From: Chrysomallon squamiferum
Lineage: Eukaryota; Animalia; Mollusca
DNA length: 64,000 nt
Reading direction: 5' to 3'
NCBI GenBank assembly: GCA_012295275.1
Contig: CM022677.1
Location: forward strand, 14,632,001 to 14,696,000
Shown: in pieces, positions 52,001 through 64,000 of the stretch
Position numbering within the stretch: the stretch's first letter is position 1
How the letters are laid out: every line of letters begins with the position of its first letter
The notes under the pieces: generated by a model
The model's input: only the letters and a program-made list of their open reading frames with translations
What the model was told of the DNA's origin: nothing
The model's database searches: none
Program-made: the position numbers and the translations under genes

Positions 52001-52828
52001 GTGTATCGTGTTGGTGAGTGATGCGCAGTAGGCGTCGATGTCGTTGGAGTTCTGCGTGTTGATGTTTCTGCATGCTTTGTAGAAGCCTTCCCAGTCCGCT
52101 TTGTTGAAGTTCCATTTCGGTGTGAAGATGGGTCTGTCCGAGAAGGTGTTCTTGCTGTTGTAGTTGGTGAGTTTCGGGTGGTGGTCGCTGTTTAGCTCAT
52201 CGAGCACTTGCCATTCGGAGAGCGCTGCGATGTCCTTACTTGTGAATGTTACATCAATGGCGGTTTGGCCACCATTGATGTCGCTGGTGTATGTGAATGT
52301 TCCGTCGTTCAAACAGACCAGCTGGTTTTGCTCCAGGAAATCTTCGAGGACGATTTCAGGGCTGTCGTCTGTCGAGCCACCCCATAGGGTGTTGTGACAG
52401 TTGATATCGCCCACTATAATGGCCTTGTTGTTTGTTGTGATCATTTTGTTTAAGTCGTGGGTTTGAATGGTGTTTAGTGCGGGAGTGGGTGGGCTGTATA
52501 CGTTAATGATGTCGATGTTTTGATTGTTGTTCTGTACTGTGATGCTTAGTATTTCTATGTTGGCGTGGACTTTGGCTTGGTTCAGCTTGGTGTGTGGAAT
52601 GTGTTGTTTGACGAGAGTCATGATGCCTCCCCGGGTGCTGTTGTATCTTGTGACGTAATCACTTTGGTACCCGGGGACCTTAAAGGTTTTTGTTGTTTTG
52701 TTGTTTTTGTTGGAATGTCCCAGCCATGTTTCTTGAATACATATTATGTCCGGTGTGTTTGTAGTGGAGGCCAGGAAGTGTAGTAATTCGTCTCCGTGGC
52801 CTGTTGAGTGAAGACCTTTAGCGTTCAT
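49044..52828 (-). pseudogene. LINE ORF2: APE endonuclease, RT, RNase H, CCHC finger (frameshifted)
   Basis: MNAKGL, ICIQETWL, SDH; GPDKI, YRPITLTS, FQSGFR, FADD; IYTDGS, AEL, FSD, WLPAHVGIIGNELAD; CSCGLSETMKHYLFHC. Confidence 0.95.
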
Positions 52829-52906
52829 TGAAGAACGGAGAGGCCTGTGTGCTTATCGTGAAGAGTTTGTAAATGGCTGTTACTGTTTGTTTTGTTTTGT
52901 TTTTGT

Positions 52907-54016
52907 TCACTGTTGTTTTGTGTTTGTGGAATTTCTCCTGTCTGTGTGTAGTTTTAGTCTTTTGTCGTTTGTGTTTATTTTGAAACCCAGGCTGTCTTCA
53001 ATTATTTGGGCTACTGTGTGTTCCAAATTGGCGTCGTCATTGCCGTTTCTTTGATTGGTTCTGATGTTTTGAAGCTCTATCAAGAGGCAGACAATGATTT
53101 TATGGATTTCTGCGATCGTGACCTCCTTGTCCAGATTGTCTGTCGGTTTGTTGTTGATATTTTGTAAGATTTTGTTGTCTCTCCTGTTGTGTTCAAAGTT
53201 GTTGTTTGCTTTTATTTTGGCTGGGCACATCTTGTAATGTGATCCGTGTGGCCCCTGGCAATTTGCGCATTTTGCCAGAGACCGGCATAGGCCTGAGTTT
53301 CTGTGGTGATTTCCACCGCAGAATCTACACGTTAAATGTTTCGGGTTGTGTCTGTGGGTGCACTGGTTTGTGATGTGCCCCCATTTCTGACAGTGGCCGC
53401 ACTTGGGCAACTGCGGCCTCATTTCTGACAGTGTATATTTGTAGCCATCAATGGTGATGGTTGTGTTCGTTAGTTTTCTGTTAAACGTCAGTGTGGTCCA
53501 GTAATTTGGCTTTTTCCACATTTCCACACCGACTAGTGTTGAATTTGTTTGTTGTACTAGTTCTTTGTTGAACATTTCAAAGAAATCTAGTTTGTTTGTA
53601 TAGGGGTAATAAAAACCCAAATCTTTTGAAATGTATTTATATATTGTTGTATCTTTTGCTTTTGTTGTTTGTTTAGGTTGATGTAGTTGTTGTTTCGTAA
53701 TTGGTAGTTGTTTTGGCTGCTGTTGTGTGAGCAGTGTTTTTCTGGGTTGTGGTGTGGGTGTTTTTTTCTGTGTCTGTTTTGTGTCAAGGATTATTTTTGG
53801 TAAAACCCTGACAACAAATGTTTCGTCCCAGATGGTAATGTTGGGACCGATTGTTTTAAGTGTTTTTGTATGTACTTCGAAGTAGATTTCTTTTCCGTTT
53901 TGATTATTGTTCACTTTTGTTGTTTTATCAATAATGTGTATTTGCGCTTCTAGTAAGTAGCGCAACTTTTTGTCGATGTTTGAGTGGTTTTTTGTCTGTA
54001 TTGCAATGGTGGGCAT
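52907..54016 (-). CDS. LINE ORF1 (gag-like, three zinc knuckles)
   Basis: Open frame (ORF track 52907-54139; likely start MPTIAI at 54016) with CX2CX4HX4C and two related knuckles typical of I-group ORF1. Confidence 0.85.
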   Translation of the reverse strand: MPTIAIQTKNHSNIDKKLRYLLEAQIHIIDKTTKVNNNQNGKEIYFEVHTKTLKTIGPNITIWDETFVVRVLPKIILDTKQTQKKTPTPQPRKTLLTQQQPKQLPITKQQLHQPKQTTKAKDTTIYKYISKDLGFYYPYTNKLDFFEMFNKELVQQTNSTLVGVEMWKKPNYWTTLTFNRKLTNTTITIDGYKYTLSEMRPQLPKCGHCQKWGHITNQCTHRHNPKHLTCRFCGGNHHRNSGLCRSLAKCANCQGPHGSHYKMCPAKIKANNNFEHNRRDNKILQNINNKPTDNLDKEVTIAEIHKIIVCLLIELQNIRTNQRNGNDDANLEHTVAQIIEDSLGFKINTNDKRLKLHTDRRNSTNTKQQ

Positions 54017-54334
54017 GTCTTTTTTTTTCTTGTGAAAATTGCTCAGGAAAAGACTTATTACAAAAATATAGTTTTGTAGAACATGTATAGCAGACATTTT
54101 CGTTTTAGAATTATGTCCCTTGAACACATTATCATACATTGTTTTTGTTTAGTTCTCAAGTGTTTCAAAGTTGTTTCAATAAAAAAGTTCTTATATAACA
54201 AATATGTTTGTGTTTTTTATATATATTGTTTCTTCACATCAAATAAGAATTCTATATTTGAATTATTTTTTATTTTACTATTTTTATTTATTAATTTAAT
54301 TATTAATACTATTAAAATAATAATAATAATAATA

Positions 54335-54370
<36 letters not shown>

Positions 54371-55111
54371 TTATTTTTTTTATCTTATATTTTATGTATT
54401 ATTTCATTACACTTAAAGTTTAAAAAGTATTAGTAATAAAAACAAAAACAATTATGTATTGATAAAAAACAAAGAACTAAGACTGAATGAATTTTAAAAT
54501 TAGTTTAATATTAATAAATTTTACATAATTATGAGAGAGAGAGTGTTGTTTTTTTTTTTTTTTTTTATTATATCTTGGCTTATTCTTTTTCCTGTTTCTT
54601 TTCTTTTCCTTGCTTTTTCTGATTCTTGTTTCATCTTTTTCCCTTTTTCTTCATATTTTGTTGTTTCTTTTGTTTTGTTGTTTATTCTTTTCTCTTTTTT
54701 TTAGTTTTGTTTCTTTCTGTTTGTATGTAAGTGCATGTGTGTTTTTCTATTAACCACAAAAGACATTTGTTTTGTGTCGTACACAATCATAAATGATTAT
54801 TCAAATACAAAAAGATATTAAATATAGAAATGTCAGCTAAAATGTTAGAAAAATTGGAAGAGTTTATTAAATTGGATGCTAATGTAGTGATCTAGATCGA
54901 ATTATTAAAGAATTTAATGCTCGGTTTGCTAAATTAATTTCCGATCAAAAACCATAGATCTATTTTCGGTATTACTTAGACCCAGAGACAGAAATAGTGA
55001 GACTCAGAGAAAAAGATGAAATTATGTGCAAGTTTTATATGCTGGACTAACATCATTTCTGTGCGTAAGTTATACAGTTTTTAGCAGCTTTGGTTTGACG
55101 TAGTTCACAAA

Positions 55112-55228
<117 letters not shown>

Positions 55229-55349
55229 ACAGACATAAACACGCAGGCAGCTACGTGTTTCATCATAATTATTATATATTTGTTACTTGATTTGATTTGA
55301 TTTAATTTAATTTTTATTTTATCTCATTTATCTCCTTTTTATTTTTTTA

Positions 55350-55402
<53 letters not shown>

Positions 55403-56163
55403 TTATCTTATTTCAGTTTATGTTTGTTTTTATTTTCTATTTTATTTCCATTATTCAAGTTTATTTTATTTATTTATTTTATTTCCAATCTAGATCAAAT
55501 CTGATCTTTACTTCTTTTTTTTTTTAAATTTTAAAAATATTTGTAATTTATTTCATATTATTATTATTGTTTATTTATTGTGTTTTCATGATGTCGTAGC
55601 TGGGCAGTTGGTGTCATGTTGGAATGAAGATGAATGTTTGAATTATCATAAACTTAAAAGTGAACCAAATATTAAAATATATCTCTGACACTGTAGTCTA
55701 AACCAAGAGTTCCCAAGCTTATTTCTAGCTTATTTTGGAGAAAACATTTGGTTGTTTGTATTCGTTTTTATTATTATTATTGTTGTTGTTGTTGTTGCTA
55801 CTGTTGCGGCGGAGGTATGAATGCAGCCAACTAGTCTCTGTTTCATACGCTTTGGGAACCTACGCTCACCACCGAAAGTGAAATATAATGTTGTAGCTGA
55901 ATCTGTCATCAACAGATTGTATGGCCATGTCTAAAACTGCAAAGTAAAAACTTACTTTGCATTTCTGTTTTGGAGTACAAAACAAAATAAATAAATAAAT
56001 AAATAAATAATAATGAATTAACAAACAAACAAATAAATAAACACAGTATATTTAAAGTCAGCTATACATTAGAATCTGGATAACTTGAGCGCTAATATGA
56101 ATCATTCTTAACACAGTAACAGCTCACTTATAAAGATACACTATCGTGTCGCGCTGAGTCACA

Positions 56164-56255
56164 CGGGTGACAAATTACACAGTGATGCTCAACATTTCTC
56201 GTCCGGGTGACAAATTACACAGTGATGCTGCAACATTTCTCGTTCGGGTGACAAA
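56164..56255. repeat. About 40-bp tandem repeat, about 2.3 copies
   Basis: CGGGTGACAAATTACACAGTGATGCT(G)CAACATTTCTCGT twice, plus a partial third copy. Confidence 0.85.
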
Positions 56256-57416
56256 TCATAAAGAGACATCTGAATGATTTCTCAACCAAGATTTCTCAAT
56301 ACCATACGCCCGTTTCTCATTTTGTATATGTTTTTAATTCTTATCTCTTTGTATTTATGCCTGATTCAGAGTGTGACAGACGACAAATCGTGACGCTAAG
56401 TCGCCATTAAAACGTCTGCCTGATCCTGACGATTTGAAGCAGCTATTTTCTGATGCCGTACGGCGTTTCATCGAGACTGTGAGACACGTTACGACATCAA
56501 CGAGAAATGCCTAAGTATGTAGAGTGACTTCGACAACTTGAACGAAAACTGTGCCAGTTCAGACATGGCTCCAATAACAATGACAACCCAATGTTTGTAC
56601 AAAAGACCCTGCTTCAGCGTTATACAGCCCGAGCTTTCCTTCGCGAACACATTTTGTTTAATAAATTGAACTACATTCTAAACGGAAATTCATTTCACAA
56701 TATGGACGACGGCAACATCACTGAGGCGAAAAATTATTTTCGAGATGTAGGAACATTGTGTACATATAGATTGACAGGAAAAAATAAGATTAAGAATAGC
56801 CAAATCTGAATTATTTCTATTTTCGTAGATGATAAAATTTAAGTGGTGGATCCGACAAGAAATAAACGAAATAAGTAGAAGGAATGTGTTAATGTGATAT
56901 AAATATACAAGTACCGCACATTTCACTCACTGCTACATGTCACATGTGTGAGATCACTAAAGCTGTATTATAACACATAGGAAAATAAAATATGGGACGT
57001 TTAATAGTTAAGTCAAGTTTTACAAGATAGTTTACGTGTTACATTCAAACTGCCACAGTGAATTAAGAAACACGCGTGAATCACAAATTTTTAGGTGTTA
57101 TCTTTATTACCAGATAATGAATTACAGGTGAAACTAAACATTTTAGAATTTTCAAAGCAGATATTACACTGATCACTTCAATTAACGGTGCTATTTGGTG
57201 TGTGATCTTCGCGCTTATTTTAATTATTATTTTGTTTTCCTTATTCTCACTTTTCACGGCATAAATTTAAATTGAGGATTTAAATTGGAGTATTCTGGCT
57301 ATTCGTCGGAATGAATAAAAAATCGTATATTAATCAGAAATGAAGTTTTCTTGGATGTGATGTACGATGCATTAATCTTTAACGATATTAAGCTCTTCCT
57401 TATATTATAGAAATTT

Positions 57417-57452
<36 letters not shown>

Positions 57453-57490
57453 TTCTTCTTTTGGCTGTAGATCGCCCTTTAAGTTGTAGA

Positions 57491-57536
<46 letters not shown>

Positions 57537-58672
57537 TGCAATCTTAATTTCTACACGTTAAATATCTGAAGAAAATGATTGCACTGAATAAAAATGACTG
57601 CATTTTACTAATTTTGCTCAGAGCGTTGTTTATAAAGCTGCAGTTAATGCTATTGTTTCAATAACTTTGAAAGAAATTAGTTACCATTTTTTAATGAACG
57701 ATTTTTCAGATGATTTATTTAAAAAAATTAAATTTAAATGTCTTCATATGTTATAAACAAATATTTCTGATCAATATGAAATAATTTTGTTTCAAATCAA
57801 ACCAGTCCGTATAGAATATCTTGCCTCCTCTTTAAAATATATTTTCATAAATATTTATGTAACAGCGTACTCTTTCATTTAACAGTTACAGCTATTAAAA
57901 CAAAATTATGTATAAGCATTAAATATAAATAAATATTCTTCAGAATATTTTCGTACATAAATATTGTACAGAAATAATAAACTCAAATAGTAATATATTA
58001 TCAGAAAATCAGTTAAAAAAAAAAAAAAAAAAAAATAAGTAAATAAATAAACGAATACATAAATAAAGAAAAAAATGAAGAAAATTAAATATTAAATAAA
58101 TATATTTTAAACATTTCATATATGTTTTTGTTGTTTAGTCACGCTTAAGCAGAAGAAATAAAAACAACAACAAAACAAACGACATACATAGAAAACAAGA
58201 AAAATGAAACCACACCAAACAATAACACATTTAACGAAGCAATAATCTGTGATTTTATTTTTGTTGTTGCTAACACAGAGCAAACCATTTCACTTCTCCA
58301 CTAGCTACACAAGATCATTTATTATACATCTTTCATTTAACAGTAATGCACGTACTGGTGCTAGAGCCCATCATAACTCATTCTGATTTGAAATACATGG
58401 TCTGGTCTCCATTAGTCACATCAAGTGTGTAGCAAAACAATAATCCTGAAAATGTTAGTTTTAGCTTTTCACCCATTAACAACAAATATGTAAATGATAA
58501 TGAAAAAGTCTTGTTTAATTACTTTGTTTCAAAACGTAAATAAATTATAGAAGTTGTGATACGAGTGTTTCTGTTTATGACAAAGTCTCAAAAATTTGTT
58601 ACAGTCATTAACAGTAATTATTGAGTGGTTAAAACAGGGTTCGGTTTTCATTTCATCATTTAAAATGAGATA

Positions 58673-58803
<131 letters not shown>

Positions 58804-59614
58804 TTCTATACATTAACTACAACATTCTGATTAAATATAAATTATGATACTAATAAATATAAATTTTTCAATCTCTTTAAATAGTTTAAAATGTTATAAC
58901 CATGTATGCAAATAACAATCGTAAAATTACTGCCTGTTTGCTGTTACATTTAAAGAAAATTTTAAATTCTCAACAATATTCAGTTTAAATAACAAACAGT
59001 TATAAAAATATATAGATTAAGATCTGAATTTCAAAACTTTTATATATAATTTATTTATAGATTTTAGAAAATTTCATTAGATCTTATTTGTTGTCCACTA
59101 TTTAAAAATATTAAAGACTGAGTAATCAAATTTTCTATATACACAGATAATTTAATATAATAAACACTTAACAAATGTATAAATGATAAAACAGTATTAT
59201 ATATATTTACATGTATGTATTATGTGTGCATATGTGCATGTCTATGAGTATGCGTATATGCATGTATGTATATGTGTAAAATACTATGTAATATACAAAA
59301 ATTAATGTGACAGATAATTAAAAGAAAACAACTACATTAAACATTAAATATATGAATAATTTGTTTCCTGAAAACTGATAACATCAATACAAACTATTCA
59401 CCTAGATACAATATAACACAATAACCCTAACCCTAACTCTGCAGTCACCCTTAATTTCTTATTGAATTGATGCATTCCTATGACAGGATCAAGTAACTTT
59501 CTAATACCAAAATCACTGTACTCTTTGTTTTCAGGGACTCAAATCAATCAGGAAATGTTGATTACATGTACAGTGTATAAAGAAACTGTATTTAGGTGAT
59601 TAGATGTCAAAAAA

Positions 59615-60571
59615 CTGTCACATTAGTACATCTTCAAGTCAGTTGTCAACATCTAATTATCACTAACTAAATCTGTCACATTAGTACATCTTCAAGTCAG
59701 TTGTCAACATCTAATTATCACTAACTAAATCTGTCACATTAGTACATCTTCAAGTCATCAACATTCAAGTACATCTTCAAGTCAGTTGTCAACATCTAAT
59801 TATCACTAACTAAATCTGTCACATTAGTACATCTTCAAGTCAGTTGTCAACATCTAATTATCACTAACTAAATCTGTCACATTAGTACATCTTCAAGTCA
59901 ATTGTCAACATCTAATTATCACTAACTAAATCTGTCACATTAGTACATCTTCAAGTCAGTTGTCAACATCTAATTATCACTAACTAAATCTGTCACATTA
60001 GTACATCTTCAAGTCAGTTGTCAACATCTAATTATCACTAACTAAATCTGTCACATTAGTACATCTTCAAGTCAGTTGTCAACATCTAATTATCACTAAC
60101 TAAATCTGTCACATTAGTACATCTTCAAGTCAGTTGTCAACATCTAATTATCACTAACTAAATCTGTCACATTAGTACATCTTCAAGTCAGTTGTCAACA
60201 TCTAATTATCACTAACTAAATCTGTCACATTAGTACATCTTCAAGTCAGTTGTCAACATCTAATTATCACTAACTAAATCTGTCACATTAATTACATCTT
60301 AAAGTCAATTGTCAACATCTAATTATCACATTAGTACATCTTCAAGTCAGTTGTCAACATCTAATTATCACTAACTAAATCTGTCACATTAGTACATCTT
60401 CAAGTCATTGTCAACATCTTTTTATTCACAATAACATCTAATTATCACTAACTAAATCTGTCACATTAGTACATCTTCAAGTCAGTTGTCAACATCTAAT
60501 TATCACTAACTAAATCTGTCACATTAGTACATCTTCAAGTCAGTTGTCAACATCTAATTATCAGTAACTAA
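59615..60571. repeat. 58-bp minisatellite, about 16 copies
   Basis: Unit CTGTCACATTAGTACATCTTCAAGTCAGTTGTCAACATCTAATTATCACTAACTAAAT, near-identical copies with three irregular units; no spacers. Confidence 0.97.
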
Positions 60572-61634
60572 AACTCATTTCTAGAAGAATTCATCTTTTT
60601 ATGATATCATTTCACATTTCTGTTTTGAGCAGTACACTTTTAACACGTTTTACCTGACAACAATGAAACTTGTATACATCAACATTATTTATTTTGATAT
60701 TATTGACAAAATGCTTGGCTCATTTTTATTTACTGTGTTTTACTGGAAAAAACAGCAGCAAATGTGCTGAGAAATCTGTTGTAATTTACTGATTTGCTTA
60801 TAATACGTTGTGTTGATAAGCTCACTTTTCACAGGAATTCTTCAATGTCAGGATGTTTTCATTCTTGAACTCTAGGTGACTTAAGTATGATTACACTTAG
60901 CCTGTTTTGGAGTTTTTTAATTTTTAAGTTATTTAGTTCATATATGCATTGTGTAGCTATTTCACTATATTAGATAATACAGTAACAGAAGCTGTTAAAT
61001 ATATTAGCATTCATTACCATCTTTTCTACAATAAATATATATAACATAGTTAAAAGTTCATGATAAAAAGCCAGATTCTGTAAATAATATGTAGAAAACC
61101 CCTCACCATAATTAGATTAATCAGAATATAAAAAATCAGATAACTAACTACACAGACTCGAATTTTGTCTGAAAACTTAAAATAAGAATAAAATAATTAC
61201 TTTAATCTTTAGCAATTGTAAAAACAATTTTGTTATAATTATTTCTCACTTAAGTGAAATTATTTACATGATAAATTATGCTAAGTATAAAGTATTTTAT
61301 TAAAAAAATTAAACTATTTTCTCTTGTTGTTATAAAATTAAAGTTTAACTAATGAAAAATCTGACGCAAAAAGAGGTCAGGTGATAAAGTTAAGAAACAT
61401 CAGTGGTTGTAATGGAAGGAAAAAGAAATAGCTGAATAAAATTTTAATTAATTATACTTTCCCACAATATTATTATGAACATCCTAAAACTATTGAAAAA
61501 TAAAAAATAACAAATAATAAAATATACCCATTACATTGCTTTGGAAACAATAACATACTGTCACAAGCAAATAATCAAAACTGTGTTAAGTACAAATCAC
61601 AAATCCAGTAAATATCAGTGTGTAGTCAACTGTG

Positions 61635-61752
61635 CTAAAAGGTTCCAGTGAGCTGCTTGTACTTTGGATCTTTAACACTTTCTTCAGTGATTCCAAGGGC
61701 TGACAGTTCTTCTTGCACACGATCAAGATAGCCAGGACCTGGATAACCAAAA
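61635..61752 (-). CDS. Deltex-family E3 ligase, last exon (end of Deltex C-terminal domain)
   Basis: gacag|TTTTGGTTATCC; FGYPGPGYLDRVQEELSALGITEE...stop. Confidence 0.88.
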
Positions 61753-62125
61753 CTGTCAGAGAAACAATTCATTAATATCATATAAATACACAGAACTGTA
61801 AAACGTTGTGAGAGAAAACAAATCATTGTTAATATGAAAACTAAACTTTATTCATGTTGCTTTACAAATTCTTTATTCTACAGGAGCAACACTTTTAAAA
61901 AAAAGAAAATAATTTTTAAAACAAGTTTAGCAATTTTTCAACTTCAATTCACTCTTTATCTTGTTAAATTATTTCTAAAACAAGTTTATAATATCATTTT
62001 CATTTGAGATATTTTTTTCTGAAATGTTAAATGTAAAGAACCACATTCAGACGGGATCATAAACTTAGTAAGCTTCAGCTGATTTATTATTATTACAAAC
62101 TAAGATTGTTTGTACGAGAACCTAC

Positions 62126-62343
62126 TTGTCTTGGCCTCCTAACACGTTTGTTTTGTGATGAATGTCATTCCAAGTTATGACGCCATCACATCCAGTTGTC
62201 ACTGATCTTCCAGTAGTAAATGTCAGTCTTCGTTCCCAAGCAACACGTAACATGGCAAGTACTTTGTAACCATTTGGTGTGTCTGGTAAATATGCAGGAT
62301 ATGTAATATCATCATACCTCTCTCCTTCATTAGGATGTTCTTT
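62126..62343 (-). CDS. Deltex-family E3 ligase, Deltex C-terminal domain exon
   Basis: ttcag|KEHPNEGERY..PAYLPDTPNGYKVLAMLRVAWERRLTFTTGRSVTTGCDGVITWNDIHHKT..GGQD|gtagg. This frame is missing from the ORF track. Confidence 0.92.
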
Positions 62344-63059
62344 CTGAAAAACGGTTTATATAAAACAGTTGTAGAAACAAACTGTAGAAAAACATGAAGA
62401 TCTGCAATAAATTTTATATTGTTATTAGTATTTAAATATATAAAATAAAGCATTACAACAGTGCTGATTAAATGTAAATTTAGAACAGAGAGAGATTTAA
62501 AATGAGGCAACTCTGCCAGAGAGGCTTCCAAACATAGCAAATAAAACAATAATTATAAAATTATTATTTTTTATTAAAAACCATATGTGCTAATATAAAT
62601 AATATCTTATATTGCAGTATATGTATGTATATATATATATATAAAAGGCCAATAGAATGAAAATTTGATATTGATAAAACAAAGAAATAAAAAAAGAGTT
62701 AAAAACAAAGAAATTTCAGTCTGTGTATTTAAGAAAGTTGGGTTACTTATAAAACTCAGTAATAATGGTTAGTTTTTGAGAAGAATGATGTTGTAAAATC
62801 CACTATTTATGTTATCAAACACCAAATGGAACATTTAATTAAATTTTATAATGTCAGTAATGTGCCTACATTTTTAATTTTTTTTTTTTATATGCTTTAG
62901 AAATACATTAATCTGTATCAGTTAAATCATTGATTTCATTTAATTGTTTATTCTACACTTGAAGAAAACATAATTGCATATCACATCCAGTATTTGAAAA
63001 CAAGAGTGCGCCTCTGTTTGTATCTGTATTTAGAAAGACATCTCACTGAAACAGCTGTA

Positions 63060-63483
63060 GAAACATTGCAGAGTACTTATAGTTTGCCTTCACGAGTAAG
63101 TGATATCCACATTCTTCATAAGCAGACTCCAGGAAGTCCCCACTGATCATAAGCAACACGCATTGTTCCTCCTGTAGGCATGTTACCAGTGAGAACACCA
63201 CACAACATTGCACAGACAGGACAAACAGGTTTGTAGTTCATTTGTGTAGCAATACAACCTTTACAAAAACTGTGGCCACATTTCTCCAGTTTCAGAGGAT
63301 TTGACTTTTCATCCAGGCATATTGGACAAACATGATCTGAATGCTGGGATGGTTTATGTTGTGTTGTTTGATTCTTTGCCTGAAGCCAGCCATTTCCTCC
63401 ACCATTTTCAACCTGTATCTGCTTCAAGGAAAAGACATCTTTCACATTCTGGCAAAATACGTTTGAGAATATCTTCACATGAT
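63060..63483 (-). CDS. Deltex-family (DTX3/DTX3L-like) RING-HC exon, apparent frameshift after LPG
   Basis: CPICLD..LEKCGHSFCKGC..KPVCPVC followed by GVLTGNMPTGGTM; probable acceptor ctgcag|ATC at 63483; donor not identified, so the lower coordinate is approximate. Confidence 0.8.
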
Positions 63484-64000
63484 CTGCAGATAGGAAATGA
63501 TTTATCATCAAAGATAATATCAGTAAATTTTTCTGATTCTAAAGCACACTAATGTCAGATGACCAGTAAAATAATTACAATAAAAATTGCAATATTGAAA
63601 ATTAAAACATATGGATATTCTCAACATAATGATTAAATGATAAAATATACTGGTACATCAGTTCTTTTTTTTTACAAAATGTACTTGAACATCAACAACA
63701 ACAACACCAACAAAATAATAATAAATAAATAAATAAATAAAAAACAATGATTAAAAAAAAAAAAAAAATATTAAAAGACTTAAATTATGTGAAAATTATG
63801 TTAACAGTATCAGTGTTTTTTAATAGGTGTGAATAAAGGTATTTTTTTTTGTGTTAAAAATGCAAACACAACCTCTGCAAACTTCAACAATTAAAAATAT
63901 TAAGATACCTGATGTGAAAGCATGAAAACAGTAATCAGTAGCATAAGCTGTGAAAAATCTTCTTATTATGCAGCTGGAAATGTGTGTTTTCTTTTAGTTT

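Larger units (their letters stand above)
48655..54100 (-). mobile_element. I-group (I/Nimb-like) LINE copy C, near full length, uninterrupted
   Basis: Poly(A) (T-run 48655-48671) preceded by AATAAA on the minus strand, 3' UTR, ORF2 and ORF1; exact 5' end not determined. Confidence 0.93.

Noticed and set aside
59422-59440. TAACCC telomere-like repeat
   Set aside because: Only about 2.5 copies; too short to call an interstitial telomere.
59615-60571. CRISPR-like array
   Set aside because: Units are contiguous and identical with no unique spacers; eukaryotic context and no cas genes.
62223-62549. 108-aa ORF from the ORF track
   Set aside because: Wrong frame; the real Deltex exon (62126-62343) reads in a different frame.

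Overview
AT-rich, microsatellite-rich, intron-containing animal DNA; the 5S sequence and repeat content suggest a lophotrochozoan, probably a mollusc (inference). Most of the window (about 5.8-54 kb) is a degenerating head-to-tail tandem array of a 4-exon minus-strand gene. It encodes a protein with a hydrophobic, signal-peptide-like N-terminus and a LigB/MEMO-superfamily (class III extradiol dioxygenase-like) domain. Intron 2 of this gene holds a nested stack of insertions caught at different stages in different copies. An outer element bounded by a 12-bp direct repeat (GATCTCGTTCAA) contains an I-group LINE (APE-RT-RNase H). The LINE's RNase H region was split by a ~3.9-kb non-coding cassette carrying a 5S rRNA gene. 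In one copy that 5S gene is itself split after nt 39 by a full-length Tx1/L1-type retrotransposon with an exact 11-bp target-site duplication. The uninterrupted 5S (32434-32552) and the uninterrupted LINE site (49671-49710) are both in the window as internal controls. The flanks hold a Gypsy relic (3.9-5.5 kb), a 58-bp minisatellite (59.6-60.6 kb) and the last three exons of a Deltex (DTX3/DTX3L-like) E3 ligase gene with an apparent frameshift. All calls come from reading the sequence by eye; no database searches were run.
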